Source of the DNA: an uncultured Pelagibacteraceae bacterium
Lineage (GTDB): Bacteria; Pseudomonadota; Alphaproteobacteria; Pelagibacterales; Pelagibacteraceae
NCBI GenBank assembly: GCA_902511185.1
Contig: CABXEK010000001.1
Location: forward strand, 6,645-70,644
Length of the DNA: 64,000 bases
Reading direction: 5' to 3'
Shown in pieces: positions 22,305-34,400 of this stretch (positions are counted from its first letter, which is position 1; every line of letters begins with the position of its first letter). The position numbers were made by a program, and so were the translations under genes. Below the pieces are notes generated by a model. The model was not told the origin of the DNA. It searched no databases and saw nothing but the letters and a program-made list of their open reading frames with translations.

Positions 22305-23275
22305 AAGTTTTTTTTAATAAATTTTTTTTAAATTTTTTATTAAATCTAAAATTTCTAATTCTAAACTTAATCAAGTTTTTTAATATTAGAAAAAAGAAAT
22401 AAGTATTTGTCTGCTTTCTTTCAAGCATACCAACACTTTCTTTTTTAAAATGGTTGTTTTCATACGTCACATGTTTGAAATTTAAAATTTTGGCAATAAA
22501 CTTTTGAAAATTTGTTAATTTACCGTTAAGCCCAAATCTTAGAGATAAAATAGGTTTTTGTTTTTTTAGTTTATTTTCATAATTAATTTGTCCAATTAAT
22601 TCATATTCGGAGAACATTGAGCCATTATAAATTTTATGTGTCTTAAAAATTGATTTTAAAATTAACTCAGATAAGTTTAGATATAATTTTTTGTCATCAT
22701 AATTATCTAATTTTAAGGTATTTAAAATTAATTTTCCTTCATCAGTTGTTAAAGAAGCAAACTGAGTTAAAAAAGATATATGGAATTTTTCTTGAAAATT
22801 AAGGATGGTTTTATTTGTCTCAAAATATTGATTATGAAATTCATTAAATGTTCCATAATAAATAGATGAATTATTAAAAAAAAAATCTATTTTTTTTAAA
22901 ATTAAAGTGTCAGCATCCCAAATTATAATATTTTCCTTTTTAACTTTTATGAAATTTAAAACAAATGAAATTTTTAATATTTGCTGATAATACCAATTTA
23001 ACCTACTCTCAAAATTATTTTTATACAAAATATCTTTTGAATTTTTCTCATAAATTTCCTTAAAACTTTCAAAAGATATTATTTTTTCCTCAGATAAAAT
23101 TGAAACTTCATCAAAATTTATTTTTTGTTTAAATTCCACAACATCTTTTTCAGGACAAACTATGAATATTTTTATATTTTTATATAATTTTTTTTAATTC
23201 AAAGTAGTTTTCAATTATAATAGGTATATTATTTTTAAGGGATATCTGACAAAAATTCAGAACCGATTTATTCAT
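22303..23275 (-). CDS. glycosyltransferase-like protein (DUF6492-like); +1 frameshift in A8 (23188-23195)
   Basis: IIWDADT DxD motif and FSEYELIG; upstream ATG at 23275 (MNKSVLNFCQISLKNNIPIIIENY...) joins ...KIFIVCPEKD if one A is removed. Confidence 0.6.
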
Positions 23276-24077
23276 TTTTGTTTTCTTCATAGAATAACCA
23301 TGGCCACTCAGTATAATTTGAGTATTTTTTAAACCAGAAAGAAAGGTATCTCTCTGCTAAAAATGCATATAATCTGGTTTGATCATAATTTTTTAAACCT
23401 TTGAACCCAAAAACTTTTTCACATTCGAATAACCATTTAAATTGGTCTTTAAAATAAGAGTTTAAAATTTTTTTTTTAGCTACACACATAATGTGTGGAT
23501 TAAATTTTGTATTACTTGAAATATAATTTAAAAAATCTTTTTTATCATTTTTTCCTAATAAATTTGCTGCTTTTTCAATAGTTCCAAAACCATGATGCAT
23601 ATCAAAATGTTCTTTTATTGTAATTTTTTTATAGTTGAAGATTAAGCTGGGCTTAAAAAGCAAATTTTTCCACCCTCTTTTAATTAATTTAGATAATTTA
23701 GTTCCTAAATGTATTGGCTCACAAATTACTGAGTCAAAATTGCTCCACTCATCAGGTATTGAGTTTAAAATTTTATCTTTAATTGGTTTATTTTTTTCAT
23801 CATTTTTTCTACTGTTTAGCCAAAATCTTCTTCTTTGACATAATGCAATCCAAGTATCATCATTAAATTTATTTAATCCATTTTTCCATAACCAATAGTG
23901 AAATGTTAATTCAGAATAGTTTTTTTCCTTGTAATATATATTATCTCCATCATCACATCTTATATAATTTTTATTAAAATCCCCTTTTCCAACAGCAGCT
24001 AAATTATAATTAGTATTTTCTAAAAAAAAAACTTTTTTGTTGGTAACACAGAATATTTCTAAGTTTGACATCGTCAT
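23268..24077 (-). CDS. DUF4422 family (glycan biosynthesis) protein
   Basis: DDGDNI...YSELTFHYWLWKN, QRRRF and RLYAFLAERYLSFWF pattern. Confidence 0.8.
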   Translation of the reverse strand: MTMSNLEIFCVTNKKVFFLENTNYNLAAVGKGDFNKNYIRCDDGDNIYYKEKNYSELTFHYWLWKNGLNKFNDDTWIALCQRRRFWLNSRKNDEKNKPIKDKILNSIPDEWSNFDSVICEPIHLGTKLSKLIKRGWKNLLFKPSLIFNYKKITIKEHFDMHHGFGTIEKAANLLGKNDKKDFLNYISSNTKFNPHIMCVAKKKILNSYFKDQFKWLFECEKVFGFKGLKNYDQTRLYAFLAERYLSFWFKKYSNYTEWPWLFYEENKNE

Positions 24078-24104
24078 AAATTAAATTACTTTGATATTAT
24101 TGTC

Positions 24105-25175
24105 ATGTCTTTAAAAAAAATTATTAAATTATTGTATAAATTATTTATATCAAAAATATTTATATGTATTTATGGAAAAGTACAAATTCAATATGAAGAA
24201 ATAAAAGATATTAAAACTGAAAAAATTATTATTGATAAAAATCACTATAAATTAATTAAAATTAAAGATGGTTCAATTTTTACTGATTATGTTGAAAATG
24301 TAGCATTTTTAAAAAATAATCAAATCATTGATCATTTTTCTTACCAACAAGTTAAAGGGAATTTAAAAGACTCTTCATTTAATTCAGTATTATTAAGAGG
24401 CAGAACAAGACTTAAAAAAAAATTTAATGGATCTATATTTTCTTTAATTCAAGGCGCAAGTGGAAATAATAATTATTTTCATTGGATGTTTGATATTTTG
24501 CCGAAATTAATAATTTTAGAAAAAATTATTGATGTTAAAGAAATAGATTATTTTTATTCTCCAGAAATAAAAAAATGGCAATTAGATACTTTATCTATAT
24601 TCGATATTAATAAAGATAGATTGATTAATAGTAACAAATATAGACACATTGAGGCAAATGAAATAATCGGTAGCTCTCACCCATGGTATAGCAAAGGATA
24701 CATTCTTGAAGAAGTCAATAAAATACCTGATTGGATATTTCATGAAATAAACAATAGATATTTGAAATTTAAACAAAATTTTAGTTGTAATTCAAATTTT
24801 TATATTGATAGACGAGAGACTAGTAATACTCATTGCCAAATAATTAATGATGATGAAGTCAAAGATTATTTGATAAAAAAAGGTTTTTCAATTTACAAAG
24901 TTGGAACCTTAAATTTTTTTGAACAAATATATTTATTTAACAATGCAAAAATAATTATAGGTGCTCACGGAGCTGCTTTTGCAAATTTAGTTTTTTGTAA
25001 TAAAGATACTAAGGTGATTGATATTATTCCTGAAAATCATCCAAATTTAGTAGATGCTTCAATTGGTAAATATAAAAAATTAAATTTTAATTATATTAAA
25101 ACAAAAAAATTACACGATAAAAATTTAAATGGAGATATATGGCTTGATATTAATGATCTGAATAAGTTAATTTAA
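24105..25175 (+). CDS. glycosyltransferase family 61 (DUF563) protein
   Basis: NYFHWMFDILPKL, FYIDR, EQIYLF and IIGAHGAAFAN motifs. Confidence 0.88.
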   Translation: MSLKKIIKLLYKLFISKIFICIYGKVQIQYEEIKDIKTEKIIIDKNHYKLIKIKDGSIFTDYVENVAFLKNNQIIDHFSYQQVKGNLKDSSFNSVLLRGRTRLKKKFNGSIFSLIQGASGNNNYFHWMFDILPKLIILEKIIDVKEIDYFYSPEIKKWQLDTLSIFDINKDRLINSNKYRHIEANEIIGSSHPWYSKGYILEEVNKIPDWIFHEINNRYLKFKQNFSCNSNFYIDRRETSNTHCQIINDDEVKDYLIKKGFSIYKVGTLNFFEQIYLFNNAKIIIGAHGAAFANLVFCNKDTKVIDIIPENHPNLVDASIGKYKKLNFNYIKTKKLHDKNLNGDIWLDINDLNKLI

Positions 25176-25987
25176 AAAATAATCCAGTCTTTATATTTGT
25201 TTATATTATCTCTCAAATATTTAGGAAGTTTTTCATCTATCTCAATCTTCTCATAGTTGTGATCTCTACCTATCAAATCTTTACTGTTTGAAATAAAATT
25301 TTTTATTGAATCTACGGTTAAATATTTAGGATCAATTTTTTCTTTAAAATGATACGGATCATTAGTTTCACACAAATTTTTGTATTTATGTAATAGTTGT
25401 TCTGGTTTTTTAAGATTACAAAAATGCCATCCACCTTCCAAAATAATATTGTTCAATCTTAATTTATCTATTCTCCAAAATGGTCTTCTTTTAAACTTTA
25501 GTTCTCTTAACCATTGAGGAGATTTGAGATATTTTTTTAAACAGATTCTACTTCCATGCCAAAAAGGATTTAATTGATTTAATAAATTAAATTTATAGTA
25601 AAAATGCATTTGTTTAAAAACTGCAAATCTTTTACTTGGATTAAAATTAATCATTTTATCTGGATTAGGAATTTCATCTAAATCAGAAATTACAATTAGA
25701 TCATTTTTTGATGCATTTGTTAATCCTCTAATAATAGCATTTCTCTGATGATTTTCTCTTTTATAAGGATCGTCACCATCTGGTAAATCTTCTACTGGTA
25801 TATAAATAATTTTATCTTTAAATTTTGAAAATTTATTAATATTAAAATTTAGATTTTTAAAATTATTTTGCCAAGTTTTATTTCCTTCAACTATTACGAA
25901 GTAATCTACATAATCATTTAATATATTAAGTCTGAACTCTAACAGTAAATCTTCGTCCCAATATGAAAAACAATCATAAATTCTCAT
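25172..25987 (-). CDS. glycosyltransferase family 17 (GnT-III-like) protein
   Basis: IYDCF..E..LL..R, VDYFVIVE, RENHQRN, SDLDEIP and GGWHF motifs. Confidence 0.88.
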   Translation of the reverse strand: MRIYDCFSYWDEDLLLEFRLNILNDYVDYFVIVEGNKTWQNNFKNLNFNINKFSKFKDKIIYIPVEDLPDGDDPYKRENHQRNAIIRGLTNASKNDLIVISDLDEIPNPDKMINFNPSKRFAVFKQMHFYYKFNLLNQLNPFWHGSRICLKKYLKSPQWLRELKFKRRPFWRIDKLRLNNIILEGGWHFCNLKKPEQLLHKYKNLCETNDPYHFKEKIDPKYLTVDSIKNFISNSKDLIGRDHNYEKIEIDEKLPKYLRDNINKYKDWIIF

Positions 25988-27795
25988 TACTTTTCCTTAC
26001 TAATCTTTAAAACTCCAATAAATGCCTCTTGAGGTATTTCTACTCTACCAAATTGCTTTGATCTTGCCTTTCCTTTTTTTTGTTTTTCTAGAAGCTTTCT
26101 TTTTCTATCTGTTGCTCCACCACCATGAATTTTTGTCAAAACATCTTTTTTAAAGCCCTTAATAGTTTCTCTAGCAATAATCTTTCCTCCGATTGCTGCT
26201 TGAACTGGTATCATAAAATTATGTCTTGGTATTAGGTCCTTTAATTTTTCACATACCTCTCTTCCTGTTCTCTGAGCAAAGTCTTTATGGATCATCATTG
26301 CTAGAGCATCCACTTGTTCTCCATTAACTAAAATTCCTAGTTTTACTAAATCACCCTCTCTGTGTTCAATAATTTCATAATCAAAACTAGCATATCCGCT
26401 AGTCATTGATTTTAAACGATCATTAAAATCAAAAACTACTTCGTTTAATGGTAGCTCATAATTTATAACAGCTCTATTCCCTGAGTAACTTAAATTAGTT
26501 TGTACCCCTCTTTTATCCTGACACATTTTTATTATCGAACCTAAATATTCATCTGGAGTAATTATTGTTGCTTTTATCCATGGCTCTTCAATTAACTTGA
26601 TTAAAGTTGGATCTGGTAAACTTGAAGGATTATGGAGATCAATTATATCTCCACTATTCAAATGAACTTTATATACTACTCCTGGAGTTGTTGTTAATAA
26701 GTTTACATCAAATTCTCTTTCTAATCTTTCTGTAACAATTTCTAAATGAAGCAATCCTAAAAACCCACATCTAAAACCTAATCCTAGCGCAGAAGATGAC
26801 TCGGGCTCAAATGAAAAACTTGCATCGTTCAATTGTAGTTTGGCTAAACCATCTTTTAATTTTTGATATTCAGAACTATCTACAGGAAATAATCCGCAAA
26901 AAACTACTGGCTTACTTGGTTTAAAACCAGGAAGCGCTTCTTTTAGAGGTTTTGCAGCATCACAAATTGTATCACCAACTTTTGTTTCTGATAAAATTTT
27001 TATTCCAGTTGTTATAAAACCTATTTCTCCAGAATTTAATTCATTGATATCTGTAGCTTTTGGAGTAAATACACCAACTTTTTCTACAATATATTCTTGA
27101 TCAGTCGACATCATTTTAATTTTCATATTTTTTGAAATTTTACCATCTATAACTCTAACTAAAATAACAACGCCAAGATATGTGTCGTACCAACTATCTA
27201 CTAATAAACATTTTAAATCTCCTGAGCTTTCGCCTTTAGGACTTGGTAGAGTTGTAATAATTTTTTCTAAAATATCTTCTATACCTTCACCTGTTTTTCC
27301 AGAACATGGAATTGCACTCTCTGTGTCAATACCTATCACTTCTTCGATTTGTTTTTTTGTTCTATCTAAATCTGAGGCTGGAAGATCTACCTTGTTTAAA
27401 ACTGGTACAATTTCATGATCAATATCTAAAGCTTGATAAACATTTGCAAGTGTTTGTGCTTCCACTCCTTGAGTACTATCAACAATTAAAATTGACCCCT
27501 CACAAGCATAAAGAGATCTGCTAACCTCATAACTAAAATCTACATGACCTGGGGTATCAATAATGTTTAAAATATAATCTTTGCCATCTTTTGATTTATA
27601 ATTAAGTTTTACTGTCTGAGCCTTGATTGTAATTCCTCTTTCACGCTCAATATCCATTGAGTCTAAAACTTGAGCTTTCATTTCTCTTTCTGTAAGCCCA
27701 CCACAACTGTGAATAATTCTATCTGCTATTGTAGATTTACCATGATCAATATGAGCAATAATCGCGAAATTTCTAATATTTTCGATATTACTCAT
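25987..27795 (-). CDS. lepA: elongation factor 4
   Basis: [24 protein letters not shown] and [11 protein letters not shown] motifs. Confidence 0.99.
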   Translation of the reverse strand: MSNIENIRNFAIIAHIDHGKSTIADRIIHSCGGLTEREMKAQVLDSMDIERERGITIKAQTVKLNYKSKDGKDYILNIIDTPGHVDFSYEVSRSLYACEGSILIVDSTQGVEAQTLANVYQALDIDHEIVPVLNKVDLPASDLDRTKKQIEEVIGIDTESAIPCSGKTGEGIEDILEKIITTLPSPKGESSGDLKCLLVDSWYDTYLGVVILVRVIDGKISKNMKIKMMSTDQEYIVEKVGVFTPKATDINELNSGEIGFITTGIKILSETKVGDTICDAAKPLKEALPGFKPSKPVVFCGLFPVDSSEYQKLKDGLAKLQLNDASFSFEPESSSALGLGFRCGFLGLLHLEIVTERLEREFDVNLLTTTPGVVYKVHLNSGDIIDLHNPSSLPDPTLIKLIEEPWIKATIITPDEYLGSIIKMCQDKRGVQTNLSYSGNRAVINYELPLNEVVFDFNDRLKSMTSGYASFDYEIIEHREGDLVKLGILVNGEQVDALAMMIHKDFAQRTGREVCEKLKDLIPRHNFMIPVQAAIGGKIIARETIKGFKKDVLTKIHGGGATDRKRKLLEKQKKGKARSKQFGRVEIPQEAFIGVLKISKEK

Positions 27796-27801
27796 TTTTC
27801 T

Positions 27802-30211
27802 TTAAGAACGTATCTTAGCACCAGTTTTGTCTTCAACTGCTTTAATTATAGAATTATTAATTTTTTCTAAATCATTATCATTCAATGTTTTTTCAGATGA
27901 TTGTATAGTTACATTAATTGCTATTGATTTTTGATTTTCTGGAATATTTTCACCTTCATAAACATCAAATACTTTAATATTACTAATTAATTTTTGATCA
28001 ACACTTGAAACAGCATTTATTAAATCTTGAGCTTTAATTTCTTTATTAACTATAAAAGCAAAATCTCTCTCAGATTTTTGATAATCTGATACTTCAAATT
28101 TAGTTTTTTGGTCTTTTAAAGTTTTTTTTGGTAATTTTAAATTATCTATAAAAATTTCAAAACCAACTAAAGACTCTGTTTTAATATCAATCTTTTTTAA
28201 AATATTTGGATGTATCTCACCAAAATAAGCTGCTATTTGATCTTTCCCTCTATTTAGAAATAATCTTCCTGACTTACCTGGATGATAGTAATTTGGTGTT
28301 TCGCTATCTATAAAAAATTTATCTGAATTGTATCCTGCCTCAACTAGAGTTTGAACTACATCTCTTTTAACATCAAATACATCAACATTTCTCTCTTTTT
28401 CAATCCACGATAATCTTGATTTTTTACCTGCTGATAAACCACAGACTACTGTGTTTTGTTCGCCTGGATTTGAACCAGTAAAAACTGGGCCTATTTCAAA
28501 TATTGATAAATCTTTAAAACCTCTATCCAAATTTTTACTCATATACATAATTAAATTTGAAAATATTGAGTTTCTCAAAACTCCTAAATCTGAACTTATC
28601 GGGTTTACAATTTTAATTTCTTTATTCTTATCTTTGAAATGATCATTATAATTTGAGTCAGTAAATGACCAGGTTATTGCTTCTAAATATCCTTTTGAAG
28701 CAATTGCTCTTTGCAAAAAATGAAATAACTTTTGAGACTGAGTTAGAGTAGATTTGGTTCTCTCTTTAATAGGATCTAAAATTTTTATCTTATCATAACC
28801 AGTTATTCTCACTAACTCTTCAACAATATCTATTTCCTGTGAAATATCTGGTCTCCAGGTTGGAATTGATAATCTTAAATATTTTTTTTCTTTTTTAATT
28901 TTAAAACCAAGATCCTCAAGGATTTTTAAAATCTCCTTTGTAGGAATTTTAAAACCTGTTATTTTTTCAAATAGATTAGTATCAAATTTAATAGTTTTAA
29001 TTTTGCCTGTTTCAATTCTTTGAATATCAATTTTACTAATTTCTCCACCACAAATCTCTTTAATTAATAATGCTGCTTTATTTAATCCATCTTCAATAGA
29101 TAATGGATCAATACCTCTCTCAAACCTAAATTTTGCATCTGTATCTAAGTTTAGTTTTTTTGATGTGCTTCTAATAGATCTTGGTTCAAAATAAGCTGAC
29201 TCTAATAATATATTTTTAGTATCAAATTCTGTACCAGATCTTGTTCCTCCAATAATTCCTCCTAATCCTAATACGCCTTTGCTGTCACTAATTACACACA
29301 TCCCATCATCTAATTTATAATTCTTGTTATCTAGAGCTGTGAATTCTTCTCCAGATTTTGAATTTCTGACTACAATACCTTTTTCAATTTTATCAGCATC
29401 ATAAGCGTGCAATGGTCGATTAATATCAAGCATTACATAATTAGTAATATCAACTATTGCTGAAATTGGCTTTTGTCCAATTGAAACTAGTTTATCTTTT
29501 AACCATTTGGGACTTTCAGTATTTTTTACATTAGTAATTAAACAGCTGCCAAAAGATCTGCATGCTTGACCTTTTTCTTTATTAATTTTTACTTTTACAG
29601 TTTGCTTGTTTTTTGATTTAATTTTTTTTTCTTTTAAATCTTTTAATTTTCCAAAACCTGAAGCAGCAAGGTCTCTCGCTATCCCTCGAACACCAAGACA
29701 ATCTGGTCTATTAGGAGTAATTGATAGATCTATAAGATTAGAGTTTGATTTTGGAAAATAGCTTTTTCCAATACTCTTTCCATATTTTTTTAAAGATAAT
29801 TCAGTTATTCCATCACTTTCATCAGATAAATTTAATTCAGACTCAGAACAGAGCATTCCATAAGAAGTAACATCTCTAATTTTAGCTACTACAAGTTTTA
29901 CTTTGCTTTTAGGAACAATGGCTCCAGGAGGAGCATATACTGTAATCAACCCTTCTCTGGCATTTGGTGCACCACATACAACTTTTTTTTATCTCTTTTT
30001 CTCCAACATCAACATCACAAACTTTAAGTCGATCTGCGTTTGGATGTTTTTCTGTTTTTAAAATTTTTGCTACTTTAAACAAATCAAGTCCAGCTGATAA
30101 ATTTTCTACGGCTTCAACCTCAAGTCCAACATTTGTTAACTGCTCTAAAAGCTTATCCTCTTTAAATTTTGTATCTAAGTGATCTTTTATCCAATTAAAT
30201 GTGATTTTCAT
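27802..30211 (-). CDS. pheT: phenylalanine--tRNA ligase beta subunit; split by a +1 frameshift in A8 (29983-29990)
   Basis: GLEVE, HPNADRL in ORF1; GMLCS, TPNRPDC, RFERG in ORF2; removing one A restores ...[10 protein letters not shown]. Confidence 0.96.
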
Positions 30212-31275
30212 CGACTTAAGCCTCTATAATTTGATGGTACATCTAAAGGATCAAAACCAAAATGATTTAACCATCTATAATCACAATCAAAAAAAGCTCT
30301 TAAATCATTTATACCATATTTAAGCATCGCCAATCGATCAATTCCTATTCCAAATGCATATCCTTGATATTTTGATGGATCAACTTTAACATTTTTTAAT
30401 ACATTTGGATGAACCATTCCACAACCTAAAATTTCAAGCCATTGATCACCTTCCCCAATAACAATTTTTCCATTTTTAATTTCATAACCAATATCTACTT
30501 CAGCTGATGGTTCAGTAAACGGGAAGTGACTTGGTCTAAATCGCATTTTAATTTTTTCAACTTCAAAAAACTCTTTAATAAAATAATTTAAACAACCCTT
30601 TAAGTGTCCCATATTTATTTCTTTATCTATATGTAAACCCTCTACTTGATGGAACATAGGTGCATGTGTTTGGTCGCTATCAGACCTGTAGGTTCTTCCA
30701 GGTGCAATAATCTTAAATGGAGGTTTGTCTTTTAACATTGTCCTAATTTGAACTGGAGATGTATGGGTTCTTAATAAAGTTTCTTTGTTCTCATCAAGAT
30801 AAAATGTGTCATGCATATCTCTTGCTGGATGATTGTCAGGGGTATTTAAAGCTGTAAAATTATTATATTCATTTTCAATATCTGGACCCTCTTCAACACT
30901 AAAACCTATCTCAGAAAAGATTGATGAAATTTCATCTATAGTTTGTGAAACTGGATGAATTTTACCTTTAACAAATGATCTTTCAGGAAGAGTTACATCA
31001 ATTTTTTCTTTTTCTAATTTTTCATTTATTTTTTTTGACTCAATCTCATTAATTTTATTTGTTATTAAGTTTTGTAACTCATCCTTAATTTGATTAAGAT
31101 CTGATGCAAATTTTTTTCTATCTGACTCTGGTATAGATCCAATGTTTTTAAATTGAGAAGAAATTAGACCATTTTTTCCAAACAGCTCTGTTTTAATTTG
31201 GTTGATTTCTTCTAAACTTAAATTATTGTTAAGTTTAGTTAAATAGTCATTTTGAATATTTTTTAAGTCTGACAT
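30208..31275 (-). CDS. pheS: phenylalanine--tRNA ligase alpha subunit
   Basis: [19 protein letters not shown] and FPFTEPS motifs. Confidence 0.99.
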   Translation of the reverse strand: MSDLKNIQNDYLTKLNNNLSLEEINQIKTELFGKNGLISSQFKNIGSIPESDRKKFASDLNQIKDELQNLITNKINEIESKKINEKLEKEKIDVTLPERSFVKGKIHPVSQTIDEISSIFSEIGFSVEEGPDIENEYNNFTALNTPDNHPARDMHDTFYLDENKETLLRTHTSPVQIRTMLKDKPPFKIIAPGRTYRSDSDQTHAPMFHQVEGLHIDKEINMGHLKGCLNYFIKEFFEVEKIKMRFRPSHFPFTEPSAEVDIGYEIKNGKIVIGEGDQWLEILGCGMVHPNVLKNVKVDPSKYQGYAFGIGIDRLAMLKYGINDLRAFFDCDYRWLNHFGFDPLDVPSNYRGLSR

Positions 31276-31318
31276 ATTGATAGATTATTTCCTTAAGAAA
31301 TAAAAACAATAGAGAAGA

Positions 31319-31675
31319 TTAATTTAAAGCGGATTGAGCTTTTTGTACAATTGTTTTAAATGCTTCTGGGCTATCGTAAGCAATTTCAGCAAGAATTTTT
31401 CTATCTATTGTAATACCACATTTACCAAGACCATTGATAAATTTTGAATAAGTTAATCCTTCAGATCTGACACCAGCATTAATTCTTTGTATCCATAAGG
31501 ATTTGAAATCTCTTTTTTTATTTCTTCTATCTCTGTATGCGTATTGCATCGCTTTTTCCATTGCTTGCTTTGCAACTCTTATAGTATTTTTTCTTCTGCC
31601 CCATTGACCTTTGACAGCTTTTAAAACTTTTTTATGTTTTGCTTTACTAGTTACGCCTCTTTTAACTCTAGCCAT
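31319..31675 (-). CDS. rplT: 50S ribosomal protein L20
   Basis: MARVKRG, YAYRDRR and LWIQRINA motifs. Confidence 0.99.
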   Translation of the reverse strand: MARVKRGVTSKAKHKKVLKAVKGQWGRRKNTIRVAKQAMEKAMQYAYRDRRNKKRDFKSLWIQRINAGVRSEGLTYSKFINGLGKCGITIDRKILAEIAYDSPEAFKTIVQKAQSALN

Positions 31676-31677
31676 TT

Positions 31678-31884
31678 TTAACCTCTTAAACTGTAAGGCA
31701 TAAACGATTTGACAATTTTTCCATCTTGTTTGGACATTGTTGTTGTGCCTCTTAATTTTCTTATTTGAGAATTCGTTCTTTTGATCATACCATGTCTCTT
31801 ACCAGCTTGGGCTGTCATTACTTTGCCGGTTGCTGATATTTTAAATCTTTTTTTTGCTGAGCTTTTAGTTTTTAATTTTGGCAT
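31678..31884 (-). CDS. rpmI: 50S ribosomal protein L35
   Basis: [14 protein letters not shown]; synteny. Confidence 0.98.
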   Translation of the reverse strand: MPKLKTKSSAKKRFKISATGKVMTAQAGKRHGMIKRTNSQIRKLRGTTTMSKQDGKIVKSFMPYSLRG

Positions 31885-31895
31885 AATTCTGCGGT

Positions 31896-31924
31896 GTTAT
31901 ACAAAGATTGATATAAATTTACAA
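31896..31924 (-). promoter_or_regulatory. putative sigma70 promoter of rpmI-rplT
   Basis: TTGTAA-17 nt-TATAAC followed by GC-rich ACCGCAG discriminator, 11 nt before the ATG. Confidence 0.6.
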
Positions 31925-31937
31925 CCTATATTAAGGC

Positions 31938-32483
31938 CTATAAAGGTTGAATTACCATGATCATTTGCTTGCCATCAAACTTAGGATGCAATTCTACCTT
32001 ACCAATATCCTTCATGTCTTCTTTAATCTTATCCATTAGCTCTTTTCCTAGATGAGAGTGTTGAAGCTCACGACCTTTAAATCTTACTGTAAATTTGACC
32101 TTATCTCCTTTTGCAATAAATTTTTTAGCATTTTTTACTTTAAAATCATAGTCATGAGTCTCTGTAACTGGTCTCATTTTAATTTCTTTTAAAAGAACAA
32201 TTTTTTGTTTTTTCTTTGCGATATTCGCTTTCTTTTGGGCATCATATTTAAACTTACCCATATCCATAATTTTACAAACAGGTGGATTTGCGTTAGCTGC
32301 TATTTCAATTAAGTCTAACCCTTGGTTTTTTGCCATTGATATCGCTTCATTAGTATTCATAGTTCCAAGATTTTCACCATCACTTGCAATAACCTGAACA
32401 TCTGGAGATGAAATTCTATTATTAGATCTTGGACCTCGATCTTTAGTTCTTCTTTGAAAGTAATTTTGTTTAAAATCTGCCAC
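31938..32483 (-). CDS. infC: translation initiation factor IF-3
   Basis: LDLIEI, PPVCKIMD, KEIKMRP and FKGRE motifs; GTG start right after the thrS stop. Confidence 0.98.
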   Translation of the reverse strand: MADFKQNYFQRRTKDRGPRSNNRISSPDVQVIASDGENLGTMNTNEAISMAKNQGLDLIEIAANANPPVCKIMDMGKFKYDAQKKANIAKKKQKIVLLKEIKMRPVTETHDYDFKVKNAKKFIAKGDKVKFTVRFKGRELQHSHLGKELMDKIKEDMKDIGKVELHPKFDGKQMIMVIQPL

Positions 32484-34400
32484 TTAATTAGATGATGCTT
32501 TGTTTAAAGCAGAGAAAGTTTTTAGGAATAAATTTAAATCCATATTTTCTTGTTTATTAGTGTCTAACCTTCTAATCGTTACAGAATTGGAGTCAACTTC
32601 TTTTTTACCACAAATTAATAAAAGGGGTATTTTAGCTAATGAATGATCTCTTATTTTATAATTTAAATTATGTTTTTTTAAATCAACAATTGAACTTATA
32701 CCAGCTTGTTTAATTTTTTTTGAGACTTCAATAGCATAATCATCAAATTCTTCTGAAATCGGTATCACAGCTGTTTGTAGTGGAGAAATCCAAAAAGGAA
32801 ATTTACCCGCATAATTTTCAATAAGAATTCCAATAAACCTCTCTAGAGAACCAAATAATGCTCGATGAAGCATAACAGGTACTTTTTTAGTTCCATCTTT
32901 ATCAACATAAGAAGCATCTAATCTACCTGGTAAGTTTAAATCAACTTGCAAAGTTCCACACTGCCAATCTCTTCCAATTGCATCTCTTAATACAAATTCA
33001 ATTTTTGGACCATAAAATGCTCCTTCACCTTTGTTAATGCTATATTCTAACTTAGAAGCTTTAACTGCTTTAAGCAAGGATGTTTCTGCTTTATCCCAAA
33101 CTTCATCTTCACCGACTCTAACTTCAGGTCTATCTGCATATTTAAGAATCACATTTTCAAAACCTAAATCTTTATATATATCTAATATTAAATTAGTTAC
33201 TTCTAGACATTCACTTGTAATTTGATCTTCAGAACAAAATATGTGTGCATCATCTTGTGTGAATGCTCTCACTCTTAATAGTCCATGCAGTGCGCCTGAA
33301 GGTTCATAACGATGTACTTTGCCAAATTCTGTAATACGTAAAGGAAGATCTCTATAACTTTTTAAACCTTGATTAAACACTTGAATATGCCCGGGACAAT
33401 TCATAGGTTTTATAGCAAATACTTTTTCGTCCGGTGTTTCTGATGTATACATGTTTTCACCATACTTTTCCCAATGACCAGATTTTTCCCACAACTGTCT
33501 ATCTAATATCTCTGGTGTATTTACTTCTTGGTAACCAGCAGCATCCTGTCTAGTTCTCATATAATTAATTAATTTTTGAAATAAAGACCATCCTCTTTCG
33601 TGCCAAAATACCGAACCTGGACTTTCTTCTCTAAAATGAAATAAATCCATTTCTTTTCCAAGTTTTCGATGATCTCTTTTCTCAGCTTCTTCAATTCTTT
33701 TTAAATATTCATCTAGATCTTTTTGGGTTGCCCAGCTTGTACCATATATTCTTTGCAGCATTTCATTATTAGAGTCACCTCTCCAATAGGCTCCTGAAAC
33801 TTTAGTTAGTTTAAAAAATTTTCCAATTTTACCCGTTGAAGAAAGGTGTGGCCCTCTACAAAGATCATGCCAGTCACCATGAAAATAGATAGATACATCC
33901 TCATTTTCTGGAATTGCTTCGATTAATTCTGCTTTGTAAATTTCTCCTTTTTTTTTAAAATGCGAAATAGCTTTATTTCTCTCCCAAACTTCTCTTTTGG
34001 TGATTTCATTTCTATCCACAATTTCTTTCATTTTATTTTCAATTTTTTTTAGATCATCTTCGGTAAAAGGTTCTTTTCTTGCAAAATCATAGTAAAAACC
34101 ATTTTCAATAACTGGCCCAATAGTTACTTGTGTTCCAGGGAATAGTTCTTGAACAGCCATAGCTAATATATGAGCAGTATCGTGTCTTATAGTTTCTAAG
34201 CCCTCAGGATTTTTTGATGTGAATATTTTAATAGAACAATCTTTTTCAATTATATGATCTAGATCTTTTAAATCACCATCAACACTTATGATCATAGCTT
34301 GTTTAGCAAGAGACTTACTAATTTTTTCAGCTACATCTAGACCTGTAACTTTGTCTGGAAATGTTAAATTATTTCCATCTGGTAATGTAATTATAGGCAT
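32484..34400 (-). CDS. thrS: threonine--tRNA ligase
   Basis: DLCRGPH, RDHRKLG, KPMNCPGH and GAFYGPK motifs. Confidence 0.99.
   Translation of the reverse strand: MPIITLPDGNNLTFPDKVTGLDVAEKISKSLAKQAMIISVDGDLKDLDHIIEKDCSIKIFTSKNPEGLETIRHDTAHILAMAVQELFPGTQVTIGPVIENGFYYDFARKEPFTEDDLKKIENKMKEIVDRNEITKREVWERNKAISHFKKKGEIYKAELIEAIPENEDVSIYFHGDWHDLCRGPHLSSTGKIGKFFKLTKVSGAYWRGDSNNEMLQRIYGTSWATQKDLDEYLKRIEEAEKRDHRKLGKEMDLFHFREESPGSVFWHERGWSLFQKLINYMRTRQDAAGYQEVNTPEILDRQLWEKSGHWEKYGENMYTSETPDEKVFAIKPMNCPGHIQVFNQGLKSYRDLPLRITEFGKVHRYEPSGALHGLLRVRAFTQDDAHIFCSEDQITSECLEVTNLILDIYKDLGFENVILKYADRPEVRVGEDEVWDKAETSLLKAVKASKLEYSINKGEGAFYGPKIEFVLRDAIGRDWQCGTLQVDLNLPGRLDASYVDKDGTKKVPVMLHRALFGSLERFIGILIENYAGKFPFWISPLQTAVIPISEEFDDYAIEVSKKIKQAGISSIVDLKKHNLNYKIRDHSLAKIPLLLICGKKEVDSNSVTIRRLDTNKQENMDLNLFLKTFSALNKASSN

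Larger units (their letters stand above)
22303..25987. other. glycosylation island 1 (4 genes) between tRNA-Ser and lepA
   Basis: Four very AT-rich glycan-related ORFs interrupting core genes; no integrase. Confidence 0.75.
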
